Shown: one piece after another, positions 37,807-49,922 of the stretch
Position numbering within the stretch: position 1 is the first letter of the stretch
How the letters are laid out: each line of letters opens with the position of its first letter
Assembly: GCF_018977255.1 (NCBI RefSeq)
Contig: NW_024704742.1
Span: 89,282,001 to 89,346,000, forward strand
Direction of reading: 5' to 3'
Length of the DNA: 64,000 nucleotides
Origin: Callorhinchus milii
Taxonomy: Eukaryota
Notes under the pieces: model-generated
The model's database searches: none
What the model was told of the DNA's origin: nothing
Seen by the model: the letters and a program-made list of their open reading frames with translations, nothing else
Program-made: the position numbers and the translations under genes

Positions 37807-38584
37807 TAGTCTTCCCGCTGGAGCTATCTAATGTGTCAGCCTGGCTGTGTCAGCTAATCTATTAATGAGCACAATTGGGCTGCCATGTTCGCCTAGAAAT
37901 ACAGTCACTCCAATTCACAGTAAAATCCTTTGAGATGTCCTCCTGTAAAAAAGGTGCTATATCAAATGCAAGAATTATTACTATTTATTATTGTCTTCTG
38001 TAAACCCTGCTCTTTTCTCATGCCCTGACACATGCAGAAAGCCATCACCAAATATTCAATTAATCCCATTTCAAATTTGCTTATGGATTCAACTTCAACA
38101 GCAGCCATTTGTGGTAAAGTAATCCAACAATCCTTGGTATGAAACAAACAAATACAAACATCAGGTACTGCATAAACAATTAATACAGCAGTGTAAAGTC
38201 TATATACCAGATGGTAGCCGACTATGATATCTGTTCAATGCTAGAGATTCTTCCATCTGTCAGTTCAATAATAACCTGGTATTCAGTGCCAATGTAATCA
38301 AGGCAGAACAAAGACTCTGGGCTTGATTTTCCAAAATTCTGTCTTGCAGTTTGTATAGTTTGCTTCAGTGCAAAAGAGGTATGTGCCAAGTAAGTTATTT
38401 CAGAGCCATGGTTTGGGTTAGCAGCAATTGTCCCAGACATTTGCATCTTCTCCAAGTCAGCAAATGTCGCTAACAAACAGTCATTTGGACCACTTTCCTG
38501 GAGCTATTAAAAACACATTCCAGGACAACACTCCAACTTGTTATCAAAGAGCCAAACATCATTGGGGGAGGGGGGGGATGAAAG

Positions 38585-38823
38585 AAACCCATCACCATGC
38601 TTAAAAGTATCCAAACCAAACTGGGAATTCCATGCATCCCACCTACACACGGAAATTCCAACGATTTATTATTGAAATGGAATGCACACTCTCCCTGGAG
38701 GGACACATCCTGCTTACCTAATTCTGGTAAGTATTAGGTGCAAGTTAGAAAGTGCCGAGGCTTGGGAATCCGTTGGGGTAGTGCTGGAGCCTAACCAGCT
38801 AAAACTGAACAGCTTGCTATTGA
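38585..38823 (+). repeat. Unclassified ~260-bp dispersed repeat, copy 3
   Basis: 'gaaacccatcaccatgcttaaaagtatccaaacc...gaaatggaatgcacactctccctggagggacacatcctgcttacctaattctgg...taaccagctaaaactg'. Confidence 0.8.
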
Positions 38824-38859
38824 TATCTACTGCAATATTCATGTCCAAGCCTTGACAAT

Positions 38860-39130
38860 AAGTATGGGCAGGTTAATCCATAACAAGGAGCATCACAGCA
38901 GTGCCCGATCATGTCCTTTGCTTTAACATTCACACCCATGAACTTCCAGCTGTTGATAAGAGCAGGAATCCTGGCTGAATTTCCTCTCCCTCCCTAATCC
39001 TAAGGAGCCAATTTCAGCACCTCTGCTGCCAACCCCAGCTAATTTAGTGCAGACTGGGATTTGAACCAGGACTCTTCCTGACTTTATGAATCAGCTATCC
39101 ATGGGATAAATGCATTGAGCCATTGAGGGA
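38860..39130 (-). mobile_element. Ancient tRNA-headed SINE of a third family (related fragments at ~21421-21500 and ~56950-57080)
   Basis: Minus strand begins 'tccctcaatggctcaatg' (A-box-like) and has 'ggttcaaatccc' (B box). Confidence 0.55.
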
Positions 39131-40914
39131 ACAATTTCATAATTTTCTTTTAATTCCGAGATGTGCAACCCATGCTGCATATTTATCTGGCACGAATGGC
39201 TCTCACATGGTGCATCAACATCGTTAAAATTTTATTATAATATTTATGTGGCATACTTTGGGACACTTAACATTCCCAATTGCAGCAGAAATGCACTAAA
39301 AATAGATCATCCCTCTCCGCTCCCATCCCATTCCCCATTTGTCAAATGATTCACTTTCATAAAAGGGTTTTAATGATTCGAGGAGGAATTTCAGCAGGTC
39401 TGCAGTGCAGTGAAGGCAGGTCACCTTTTAGAGGGTTACACTCAGGGTTTATGTGGGTTCAGTTAATCCACTGTACCACCTGGAATAAAACGTAACCCTC
39501 ATTTTTCAGAGATTGGAATAGCACCGCTGAATCAGCATTAAATCTAGAACAAGATTATCAGTGTGGTCATTTGTGTTTTGTTTGGGAAAAAAGGGCTGGG
39601 GAAAAGCAGGATTCGGGATTAGGGAGTCACATTGTGAATATATTATGAATATATAAATGCAAGTTGTTGTAGTTGTTGGACTCAAGAACATGCTGGAGTA
39701 ATTTTATAACATACATCAATAGATATTTATGAGCAATTGATTTTATTTTAATCTGACGGAGATAGATGCATATCTGAAGCCTTTAAAGTTTTCTATTGTC
39801 AAAGGGAGGGTTAATCTCTTTAATACAGAAGGGTAAGGAATATATAGTTACAACTCAGACAACACTTCACAGAATACTTCAAATCTTTAAGCCTCTTTAA
39901 AGCTCATGTATTTTTTTATTCCTGAATTCTGGAGAGCTAACAGATCTTAAAATGCTTGAAATGAATGGATTTATATGATAGCCAGCATAACTCATAAAAC
40001 CAACAAAGCACAAATAAAAGGCATTAACAGCCAAGCAGGGGGTCCTATATCTGTTTGTATGTGTCAGTTAGTCTAATGGCATGTATTTGTCTTGCCCAAG
40101 TACAATAGCATGAACTCCATCCTTTTTCTTTCCCTTCAGACAATTGCTGGTTAACCTATAGATATTGTATTTGGAAGTGCAATTTTACAGATGAATGAAG
40201 TTTTCCAGTCAATTGCTTTTGCAAACTACCAATGATAATCTGTTCCTTCAAAGTACCCCTGGCGCTGGTATCCATGGGCCAGGGGCATGGTATTCGCACA
40301 TTGCTATCGTTTCATTCTAACATAAATCTTGCTTGCATTCATTTCTATTGCTTCATTTTAATTGAGCAGGTTTACTCAAGCAGGTATGTGTGATGGAGTC
40401 TCATTAAGTAGGAAATCATATTTCCACTGGTGATTGTTATACCATTCTGAAAGAAACCAAATATGACTTCAAATTCTAGATTTCACCAATTAATCCAAGT
40501 CAGTGATATTTTTATTTCAGTGAACCACATCCTGGGCATGGAAATAAACAAACCTGAAAGTAAACTTGGTGCACAAATACCTTCATGCATATCTCATTCC
40601 TTAATACTGTTTCAATCTTACAGTTCTCTTCCCCCTATTGTTTATAGCAGGACGTTAACATTCGGACTATAATTTGAAGGACTTTTCTTCAACATTAGCA
40701 AAGTCACATTCAATGCTGAAAAAATGCTGGGAGACAACTTTCAATTCTATGAGCTCTAGGCCAATGAAAATGTAACAACATGAGCAAACAGCACTGAGCG
40801 TATGGTTATAAAGGACATGTTGGAAACAGTAGTGATAGAGAGAATTGTAAGATTTAAACATAATCAAGTGAGTGAGATATTGGTGTGTAATAAGCAAACA
40901 GAATGGCTGAAGGT

Positions 40915-41310
40915 AAGCCACCTTTCGCACTGGAGATATGTTATCAACACCACTTGTATAATTCACCATTTATACTAAATATGTCACCATTCCCACTGTA
41001 CCTAAATCACTGTTTATATTATATATATCACGATTGCCACAATCTCTAAATTCCCATTCCCACTGTATCTAAATTACTATTTATATTATGTATGTCACAT
41101 TCCACTGTATAGTATATCCCGTGATGGCTTTGTGATGTGTCAATGATGCGATAAGGCACTATATCAAACAAGGATTATTATTATATAAGTTCGCCATTTA
41201 TATTACATATGTCACCATTCCCACTGTATATAAGTGACAACTACTGCTGGAGACAAGGCCCTATTCCCACTGGAGATGTCACCATCATTCCCACTGGAGA
41301 CAAGTCATCA
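40915..41310. repeat. Degenerate minisatellite built on atgtcaccattcccactg, interrupted by a SINE tail (~41110-41185)
   Basis: The attcc(c)actg motif recurs about six times with AT-rich spacers. Confidence 0.7.
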
Positions 41311-41837
41311 TTCTTAAATTGTAATATTCATGACAATCTCAAATACTCATTTTACAATAACCAGATGTGCTTCATGCCAACCCATAGGAATGTCAATCAA
41401 GAAAAATCTACCTCTGTATCAGAATTCCCATAGGTTGGACTTGTGGCTACCAACAAAAGTTGTTATTCTGCACTTATTGTCTTTTAATTGTGCTTCTCCC
41501 CCATTAGTTGTTACTGAACTAAAGTCAGACATGTTTGGAAAACATTGCATGTTAAACGAGATCTTCACGATAAGTAATTGTTTGAAATGAGATATAAATA
41601 AAAAATATTAATAAATAAGAAAGGATTTCTTTTAAAAACATGCCTAAACAAGGAAAGAACAAAGTGATTCCAATCTTTCTCCTCCCGACGTGAAAGGTAC
41701 ATAAATGCAATTTGATGGTGTTTCTAAAGGACAATTGATTTGCACATAAAATATCACAACACTGGAGATTTCCTTTCACAGCCAATGCGAGAAAACTTCT
41801 AAAATTAAACGTATTTCAAATTTGAAATTGCTCTTAA

Positions 41838-42377
41838 ATGTAATCCAGATCATCCAGAACTCTGCAGCCCATGTCTTCTCCTGCACAAGGCTTCGTGACC
41901 TTATCACTTCCATCCTCGCCTGACTCCACTGGCTTCCCATCAGACAGAGGATACAGCTCAAAATCCTGGTGCTCATCTTCAAAGCCCTACATGTCTTGCT
42001 CCCCCCACCTCTGCGACCTCCTAAACCCCTACCATCCTGCTTGCTCCCTCTGCTTAGCAGGCTCTGGCCTGTTTCATGTCCCCCAGCTTGCTCGTCCCAC
42101 TATTGGCGGGCAGGCCTTCAGCCACTCTGCCGCCACCCTCTGGAACTCCATCCCATAGTGCCTACGTCTCGCCACCTCCCTTGCCTCCTTCATGACCCAT
42201 CTCAAGACTCTCCTCTTCGACCGGGATTTCAATCTCACTGCTTCGCCCCTGCCCTCCATACTCCCCAATCCAGACCTCCATCTTGGATCCGAAACTCAGT
42301 CTGTCCAGCACCTTAAGACATCCTCCCGATCTGAAAGGCGCTATACCAATGTAATTTATGGTGTTGTTGTTGTTGTT
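41838..42377 (+). mobile_element. L2 LINE 3' fragment
   Basis: Encodes IQNSAAHV..LHWLPIRQRIQLKILVLIFKALH (L2 C-terminus) and ends in a (ttg)n tail. Confidence 0.9.
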
Positions 42378-42686
42378 CTAAGTGGGAAGAATTCTGTTGT
42401 GTTTTAATTTTGTGCTCAGATTAAAAAGCCAAATTTAATCTTCTCAACAGATGACCGCTGTTGAGATCCTGACTTCTACATCTGAATCATATACCAACCA
42501 GGTGGCACCAAATAGACACAAATAAATAATTTTGCTTAATCATTTTCATCATTGTAGTTAAACTGATGACTAAATGCTGTTTCCAGGAAAGAACTCTTTT
42601 CATTTCCAGATGCCTTTATGCTAATTCTTTTCATCTGAATAGCTACCTTGATGGAGCCTTACCATAGCAGTTTAGAAGTATTGGTA

Positions 42687-42800
42687 TTCCGTTAAGGCCA
42701 TGATGTCAATGCTCCCATCAAGGACGAGATCGTTGATGACCGGGGCCTTGTTACAGAGGGAGCGGACGTTTTGTAGTCCGGGGAGCGGCGGCAGGACAGC
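42687..42800 (-). mobile_element. Antisense fragment of L2 AP-endonuclease N-terminus
   Basis: Reverse complement matches 43477-43569 (GLQNVRSLCNKA.VI..L.LD.S.DIM.LTE) with scattered substitutions. Confidence 0.9.
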
Positions 42801-43090
42801 GCGGGGAGGAGCCTGGGCCTACCTACACAGGTATTTAAGGTCGCGGCGGCAGGGAGTGCAGCTAGTGGGGCTGAGGAGGGAATGGGTGGGGGCGGAGCGG
42901 GGGAACTGCTGACGTCATAGTTTAGTTTTCAGGAGTGTGCGCGCGCCAAAAAAAAAAACCTCAGCGCCCGCCCCCCCAGGGCTCACATCAGAGCCCACCA
43001 TGGTCCTGTTGGGTTGGCTGCCCCAGCCCCAGCCTATGGGATAATGTCATCCACCTGACCGCTCGCTTCCGGTCCCCGTATGCGCACTAT
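42781..43090. promoter_or_regulatory. CpG-rich promoter-like tract, putative L2 5' UTR/internal promoter
   Basis: High CpG density, GC boxes (ggggcggag ~42890, cccgcccc ~42970), CRE tgacgtca 42910-42917, tatttaa ~42832; lies directly upstream of the L2 ORF start. Confidence 0.5.
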
Positions 43091-43970
43091 GGCTGCCGTT
43101 CTGACCCAAATCTCCTCACCCCCTCCCTCCCTCTTCCCTCCTCTCTACCCCCAAACTCTCCCCCCTCTGCATCTCTCCCCCTCTCTCCTCCTCTCTCTCC
43201 GTCCCTCTCGCCTTCTATCCCCATTTGTCCCTCCCACAACCTCCCTCTGTTCCAGCCTGGGAATCCTCCGCCGGGCTCACCGTGGCACTCGGCGTTGGCT
43301 ATCCAGCAGCAGCCACACCGACTGCCCCATTCCCCACCACACTCGCCAGCCACCCCGGACACAGACCCGGGCAGCTAACCTCTCCTCCTTCATCTCCATT
43401 CCCCCCACCGCTGCCTCACAACCTGGATCCCCCCTCCCCTCCCACACACCCTTCTGTCAACCGCTCCCTCCACATCGGACTACAAAACGTCCGCTCCCTC
43501 TGTAACAAGGCCCTGGTCATCAAAAATCTCATTCTTGATGAGAGCGTTGACATCATGGACTTAACGGAAACCTGGCTCACCCCAGGTGACACCTTCCCCC
43601 TCACGGAGGCCACACCACCCGGCTACACCTCCCACCACATCCCTCGCCCAACCGCCGTGGCGGTGGTGTAGCCCTTATCTCAAGGACACCACTTGCCCTA
43701 TCCCCCTACTCCTCTGGCTCTTTCCCCTCTTTCGAGCACCTCACCCTCTCCAACCCCTCCTTCCTCTCGCTCAAAATCCTCCTCCTCTACCGGCCCCCTA
43801 AAACCTCTCCCACCTTCATCTCCGATATTTCGACACTTCTCACATCTCTCTGCCTCTGCTCTGATCGTCTCATCATCCTGGGCGACTTCAACCTGCACTT
43901 CAGCCCCTCCTGCTCCATCTCCTCAGACTTCTCTTCCCTGCTCTCCTCGCTCAACCTCTCCCTCCATATC

Positions 43971-44292
43971 GTGGAGTCCTACAGCTCAGTGGTTAGAGCA
44001 CTCGCTTTGCAAGCGAGAGACCTGAGTTCAATTCCAGGCAGAGGGCGAAACCTTGGGCAAGTTTCCTTACTCCACACAGAGCCTAATAATAATCCCTCCA
44101 AAACCAAAAACAATAATAAATTGGTCATTTTCAATCTATGACTGTTTGTGGGACATTGCTGTGCGCAATTGGCTGCCGCGTTCACCCACAAATATACAGT
44201 CAATTCACTTTACAGTGTGTTCTGTGAAGCGCTTTGGGACATCCTCCCGACGTGAAAAGCGCTATATCAAATGCAAGGATTATTATTATTAT
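43971..44292 (+). mobile_element. tRNA(Ala)-derived SINE, short young form, nested in the L2 APE domain
   Basis: L2 reads through 'ctccatatc|aactcccccact' across the insertion. Confidence 0.95.
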
Positions 44293-45416
44293 AACTCCCC
44301 CACTCACAGTCACGGCCACCCACTCGATTTGGTGATCACCCGGGGTCTCAGTGTCTCGGATGTCACTATCACCGACAAGGCCGTCTCCGACCACCACTTC
44401 ATCTCCTTCACCACCTCAACCGCCCCTCCCCACCTCCACCAGATCCACCACCATCTTCTACCGCCCCTGGAAGAAGTTACCCCCACAATCCCTAACCGCT
44501 GCCTTGGAGACCTCTGAACTCCTCTCCCTCTGGCCTTCAACCCTCACTGACCCCTCTTCTCTCACTCGCCTCCACAACACCCTCTCCTCCACACTCAATA
44601 CTCTTGCCCCCATCACCTCCCGTACTGTCTCCTACTCTCGCTCCTCCCCCTGGTTCACCACCCACCTCCGCTCACTGAAGAGTCAGGTGCAGGCCGTTGA
44701 ATGCAGCTGCGTTAAATCTGGCCTAACGTTCCACCGACAAATCTGGCTGGACCTCCTCAAAATCTACCGCTCCACTCTAGCCTCGGCCAAGTCGTCCTTC
44801 TACTCCAGGATAATCCTGGAGGCGAAGAACAACCCCAGGCTACTGTTTTCTACCACATCCCGACTCCTCCGTCCCCCCCGCACACCCACGCAGGTCATCT
44901 CCTCCAACCTTCACTGCGAGGAGATGCTGGATTTCCTTGAATCGAAAATCAAGGGAATTCGCTCCGCGGTCACTTCCACTCCAACATCCACCCACCCCCC
45001 ACCCCCTCCCCACACTCAGATTCCTACCCATCCTCCCCTACAGACTTTTGTACCCGTTTCCCCACCCTCTGTCACCAAACTCATCCTATCCCTGAAACCC
45101 ACCACCTGCTCCCTTGACCCCATCCCCACTCCAGTCCTTGTCTCCCAGCTCCACCTTCTTGCCCCACATATCAGAGACATCGTCAACCTGTCCCTCTCCT
45201 CTGGCTCTATTCCCAATCCCTTAAAAACTGCCACCATCACTCCCACCTTAAAAAAACCCTCCCTTGATGCGTCGCAGCTATCAAGCTACCGGCCCATCTC
45301 CAACCTCCCCTTCCTGTCCAAGGTCCTGGAATGAGTTGTCGGCTCCCAGCTGCGCTCTTTCCTCTCCACCCATTCATTATTCGAACCCCTTCAGTCGGGT
45401 TTCCGTGCTGCCCATA

Positions 45417-45866
45417 CAACAACAACAACAACAACAAGATTCCATTTATAAAGCGCCTTTCACGTCAGGAGGACATCCCAAGGCGCTGCACAGTTGGATC
45501 ATGACCCGAGCAGGGGGGAAATGGTCAGGGTGAGGGGAGGGAAGGGAGGGAGCAAGGAGGGGGAAGAGAGTCGAGAGGGGAGCTGAAGGCACGGTCAAAG
45601 AGAAAGGTTTTGAGACCGGCCTTGAAGGAGGAAAGGGAGGAAGCGGCGAAGGCACTGGGGGATGGAGTTCCAGAGCCTGGGGGCTGAGAGGCTGAAGGCC
45701 CGACCACCGATGGTAGGGCGGTTGGGGCGGGGGACGTGGAGCAGACCGGAGCCAGAGGAACGGAGGGTACGGGCAGGTAGGTAGGGGGATAGTAGGTTGG
45801 AGAGGTAGGAGGGAGCGAGGCCGTGAATGGCCTTGTAGGTGAGGATGAGGATCTTGAAATCAAAAA
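45417..45866 (-). mobile_element. Antisense L2 3' fragment of the same family, nested in the L2 RT domain
   Basis: Reverse complement matches 46780-47220; 'cata' is duplicated at both flanks; host QSGFRAAH|TET resumes after it. Confidence 0.95.
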
Positions 45867-47519
45867 CATAACACAGAAACTACCCTGGTCAAGGTCCAAT
45901 GACATCCTGACCATCTGTGACCAGGGCTCCCTCTGCCTCCTCGTCCTCCTCGACCTACCGGTAGCATTCGATACGGTCGGCCATGCTATCCTCCCCCACC
46001 GCTTGTCCTCCCACCTCAACCTTCAAGGCCCTGTCCTTGAGTGGTTTAGGTCGTACCTCTCCCACCGTCTTCACTTTGTTTCCACGAATGGCTTTTCCTC
46101 CACCCCCCGCACTGTCTCATGCGGTGTCCCTCAGGGCTCTGTCCTCGGTTCCCTCCTCTTCACCCTCTATATGCTCCCCCTCGGTGACATCATCCACAGA
46201 CATGGGGTTAACTTCCACATGTATGCGGATGACACCCAACTCTACCTTTCCTCCTCTACCCTCAACTCCACGACCACCGATGTCCTGACAGCTGCCTGTC
46301 CGACATCGAGTCCTGGACGAGAGACAACTTTCTTCAGCTCAACGTGCTTAAAACTGAGGCCCTCCTGATTGGCTCACGTCAGCGCCTCCGCACCTCAGGC
46401 GCTGACAACATCAGCATCCAAGGCTGCACTCTCCAACTCTCAAAGCAGTCAGGAACCTCGGCGTTCTGTTCGACCCTGAGCTGTCCTTTCTCCCTCACAT
46501 CCGCACCACAACTGGCACCGCCTTCCATCACCTCCGGAATATCGCCAGACTACGGCACTACCTCACCCCTCACGCTGCTGAAACTCTGGTCCACGCCTTT
46601 ATCATCTCAAGGCTGGACTATGGGAATTCTCTCCTCGTCGGCCTTCCCGGCACCTCCCTCCACAAGCTGCAGGTCATTCAGAACTCTGCAGCTCGTGTAC
46701 TGTCCCGCACCAGGCTTCGCGACCACATTACTCCCACTCTCACTCGCCTCCACTGGCTCCCCATCCCCCAGAGGATCGAATTCAAGATCCTCATCCTCAC
46801 CTACAAGGCCATTCACGGCCTTGCTCCCTCCTACCTCTCCGACCTACTATCCCCCTACCTACCTGCCCGTACCCTCCGTTCCTCTGGCTCCGGTCTGCTC
46901 CACATCCCCCGCCCCAACCGCCCTACCATCGGTGGCCGGGCCTTCAGCCTCTCAGCCCCTAGGCTCTGGAACTCCATCCCCCAGTGCCTTCGCCGCCTCT
47001 TCCCTTTCCTCCTTCAAGGCCGGTCTCAAGACCTTTCTCTTTGACTGTGCCTTCAGCTCCCCTCTCGACTCTCTACCCCCTCCTCGCTCCCTCCCTTCCC
47101 TCCCCTCACCCTGACTATTTCCCCCTTGCTCGGGTCCTGACCTAACTGTACAGCGCCTTGGGACGTCCACCCAACGTGAAAGGCGCTCTCTAAATGGAAT
47201 CTTGTTGTCGTTGTTGTTGTTGGTATTCATATTAATATCAGTATTAGCAGTTGATCTGCACCATTTGGTTTACGCTATTGTCTCAGACACATGACTCCAG
47301 GTTCCCTCAAAATCTGTCATTTCTTAGCAGGATTCTTTAATAGGAAACCCAAGAAATGGTTATGGGGACCGGAGACATATCATTCCAACCAGGGTGAACT
47401 CAACACTTGGAAATTCTAACAGGATTCTGTATTATGGAATCCAGTTAAGATATACCTCAAATTATATCCCAATAGAAAGTTTACTGCACACCCTCTATGG
47501 TATCTGTGCTGGTGCTAGA

Positions 47520-47990
47520 TCCTCTATTACATCACAGCACAGAAACAGGCCATTTAGCCCAACTAGACCATGCTGGTGTTCATACTCTACACGATCCTCC
47601 ACGCTTCCTAATCCTATCTATACCCCTCTATTCCCTTCTCCCTTATGCATGAACCAAGTTTCCTCTTAAATACATTGATGCTTTTTGCTGAATCCACAGT
47701 GAGTTCCTCTGCTTAGGTTCAATTCTATCCAAGGTATAATCAGCTTCTTTATTCATCTCTACCAAAATGAATCACTTCACATTTTCCTCTGTTAAATTTC
47801 ATCTGCCATCTATCTGCTCATTGTGCAAGAATATTTATTTATTTATGTCTTTTCATAATCAATTTTGAACACCAAACCTACTGTATCTGAATTACAAATC
47901 ATTTGTGTACATGGTGAATCGTAGCGGTCCTACTGTAGATTTTTGCAAATCACCGTATCCTACTTCATGCCAGTCTGAAAAGTTACCTAC
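47520..47990 (-). mobile_element. Degraded CR1 fragments
   Basis: Reverse CR1 tail 'acagcacagaaacaggccatttagcccaactag' and RT-region remnant 'cacttcacattttcctctgttaaatttcatctgcca'. Confidence 0.65.
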
Positions 47991-49119
47991 ATGTGGGGCA
48001 TTTCTTTGGGCAAATTGGCTACAAGTCCACAGTCACTACACTTCTACTGGGAAGCATTTGAGATATCTCTATGACAAGGCCTATATCTAATGCAAGTATT
48101 AATTTCATTATAACTCTAACAAACAGCTGAAATGTTAGCCTCAGATTCCCATACTTCACAACGACTAACAACAACTTACATTTATGAATAGAATTGATAT
48201 CTGCAGGAAACGAAAACAGAGATCTCAATTTTCATTAAAAAAGTTAAAGTATATATAAAAGTAGTTTATCAGAAGAAATGTGTGTGGGAGACAGAATACA
48301 AAAGTATAGAAATAACTTTCTTGAAAACATAATATTCAAGATCTTAGAAAGTTGAGCATGAAATGAGTCAAGTTCTGAGATGCCTTAAATTAGAAGTAGC
48401 AGCTTTCACGTGCATAGAAATGGATCAAATAATAAGATCACACTCGGCCTTACAGTACATACACTTCTAAATACAAGTGCATATGCAGATGTCAACCATT
48501 CCTCTTGTGATCCAATAGATTTTGTTTCTATGTATGAGGTACTCATAGTGATGATGCATTGAGCATGCAAATATCCTTAAGTTTCTCAAGTATGAAATAG
48601 GTTTCTTGGTTGTTCACAATCTGCTTTATTCCATATTTAATTCCTGCACTCGCCTCATTGTGTATTCCTTCCTATGGGAAGCTTGGGCCAATGGGGACAT
48701 GAATGTCTTCATGATCTTTACTGGCAATACTTCTGTACAATCCGATAAAAGGAACTGACATGCATGATATTAAGAAGAACAAGGTCAGTGTTTACCTCCC
48801 TTCTTGTGCTTTGGTAGGGTTTATCACTTGGTGTATAGTGCGAAAGTAATAATTGTAATTTTTTCTTGTGTGTTTATTGCAGTATTTTGTCCAGTGAAGA
48901 ACACATCACTTATTAATGCCTTGGCTCGCAGGGTCAAGGACATATCTCCAGGTTAGTGTTTGATTTTTGTGAATCAGCCTGGTTTCGCCTGACATGTCTC
49001 TTTGCAGCAAGCTCAGCCCAGGAACACCTCCATTTATCTTTCCCCCCTCTCCCCTGCTTTTTATTAAAATTGTAAAACAATCCTAGAACCACATGCATTA
49101 CAGCAAGAAGCTAAAGTGC

Positions 49120-49615
49120 TGGTTCTTCAGATGGATGTTAAAAAGATCCTATGGCACTCTTCAAAAAGACAAGATAGTTTTCCTGGTGTCCTGGCCAATA
49201 ATCTCACAGATAAACAAAACACAAAATACTGCAGATGCTGGAAATCTGAAACAAAAACAGAAGTCGCTGGTACCACACAGCAGGTCAGGCAGCATCTATG
49301 GAGAATGAAAGTGAGTCAACACTTCGGATCCATGACCCTCCGTCAGAACCTTCTTCGACCATTCTGACGAAGAGTCGTGGACCCGAAATGTTGACTCACT
49401 TTCCTTTCTCCCTAGATGCTGCCTGACCTGCTGTGTGTTACCAGCGACTTCTGTTTTTGTTCCAATCTTCCAGATAAAATTGATAATTTGTTTCATGGCT
49501 GTTTGTGTGAAATTGATGTGCATTGGTTCCCTTGTTTGCCTACAAAATACAGGGACTACATTTTACATCAAATCCTATAAAGCACGTGAGACATCCTTGT
49601 GATATGAAATGCCTT
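49120..49615 (+). mobile_element. Headless Deu-domain SINE hosting a fold-back Penelope-like insertion
   Basis: 'cagatggatgttaaaaagatcctatggcactc...ctggtgtcctggccaataatc' resumes at 49464 'aatcttccagataaaattg...atggctgtttgtg'. Confidence 0.8.
49215..49463. mobile_element. Fold-back Penelope-like element end (arms 49250-49348 / 49362-49461) with hammerhead motifs
   Basis: ~100-bp imperfect inverted arms; plus-strand CTGACGA-agagtcgtggaccc-GAAA at 49364-49388; flanking duplication aatct(ca/tc)cagataaa at 49200-49214 and 49464-49478. Confidence 0.75.
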
Positions 49616-49922
49616 ATAATAATAATAATCCTTGCATTTGATATAGCGCTTTTCACGTTGGGAGGATGTCCTAAAGCACTTCACAGAACACACTGTAAAG
49701 TGAATTGACTGTATATTTGTGGGCAAACGCGGCAGCCAATTGCGCACAGCAATGTCCCACAAACAGTCGTAGATTGAAAATGACCAATTTATTATTGTTT
49801 TGTTTTGGAGGGATTATTATTAGGCGTGTGGAGTAAGGAAACTTGCCCAAGGTTTCGCCCTGCCTGGAATTGAACTCAGGTCTTTCACTTGCAAAGCGAG
49901 TGCTCTAACCACTGAGCAACAG
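49616..49922 (-). mobile_element. tRNA(Ala)-derived SINE, short young form
   Basis: Reverse complement nearly identical to 31543-31862. Confidence 0.95.

Larger units (their letters stand above)
43089..47222 (+). mobile_element. Near full-length, frameshifted single-ORF L2 LINE (N-terminal extension + APE + RT) with two nested insertions
   Basis: MAAVL..GILRRAHRGTRR; GLQNVRSL, LTETWL, LGDFN, HGHPLDLVIT, SDHH; SYRPISNLPFLSKVLE, GVPQGSVLG, YADD (46222-46233); (ttg)n tail. Confidence 0.95.

Noticed and set aside
44351..45334. 327-aa ORF, the longest in the track
   Set aside because: Internal piece of the disrupted L2 ORF, bounded by frameshifts, a stop and nested insertions
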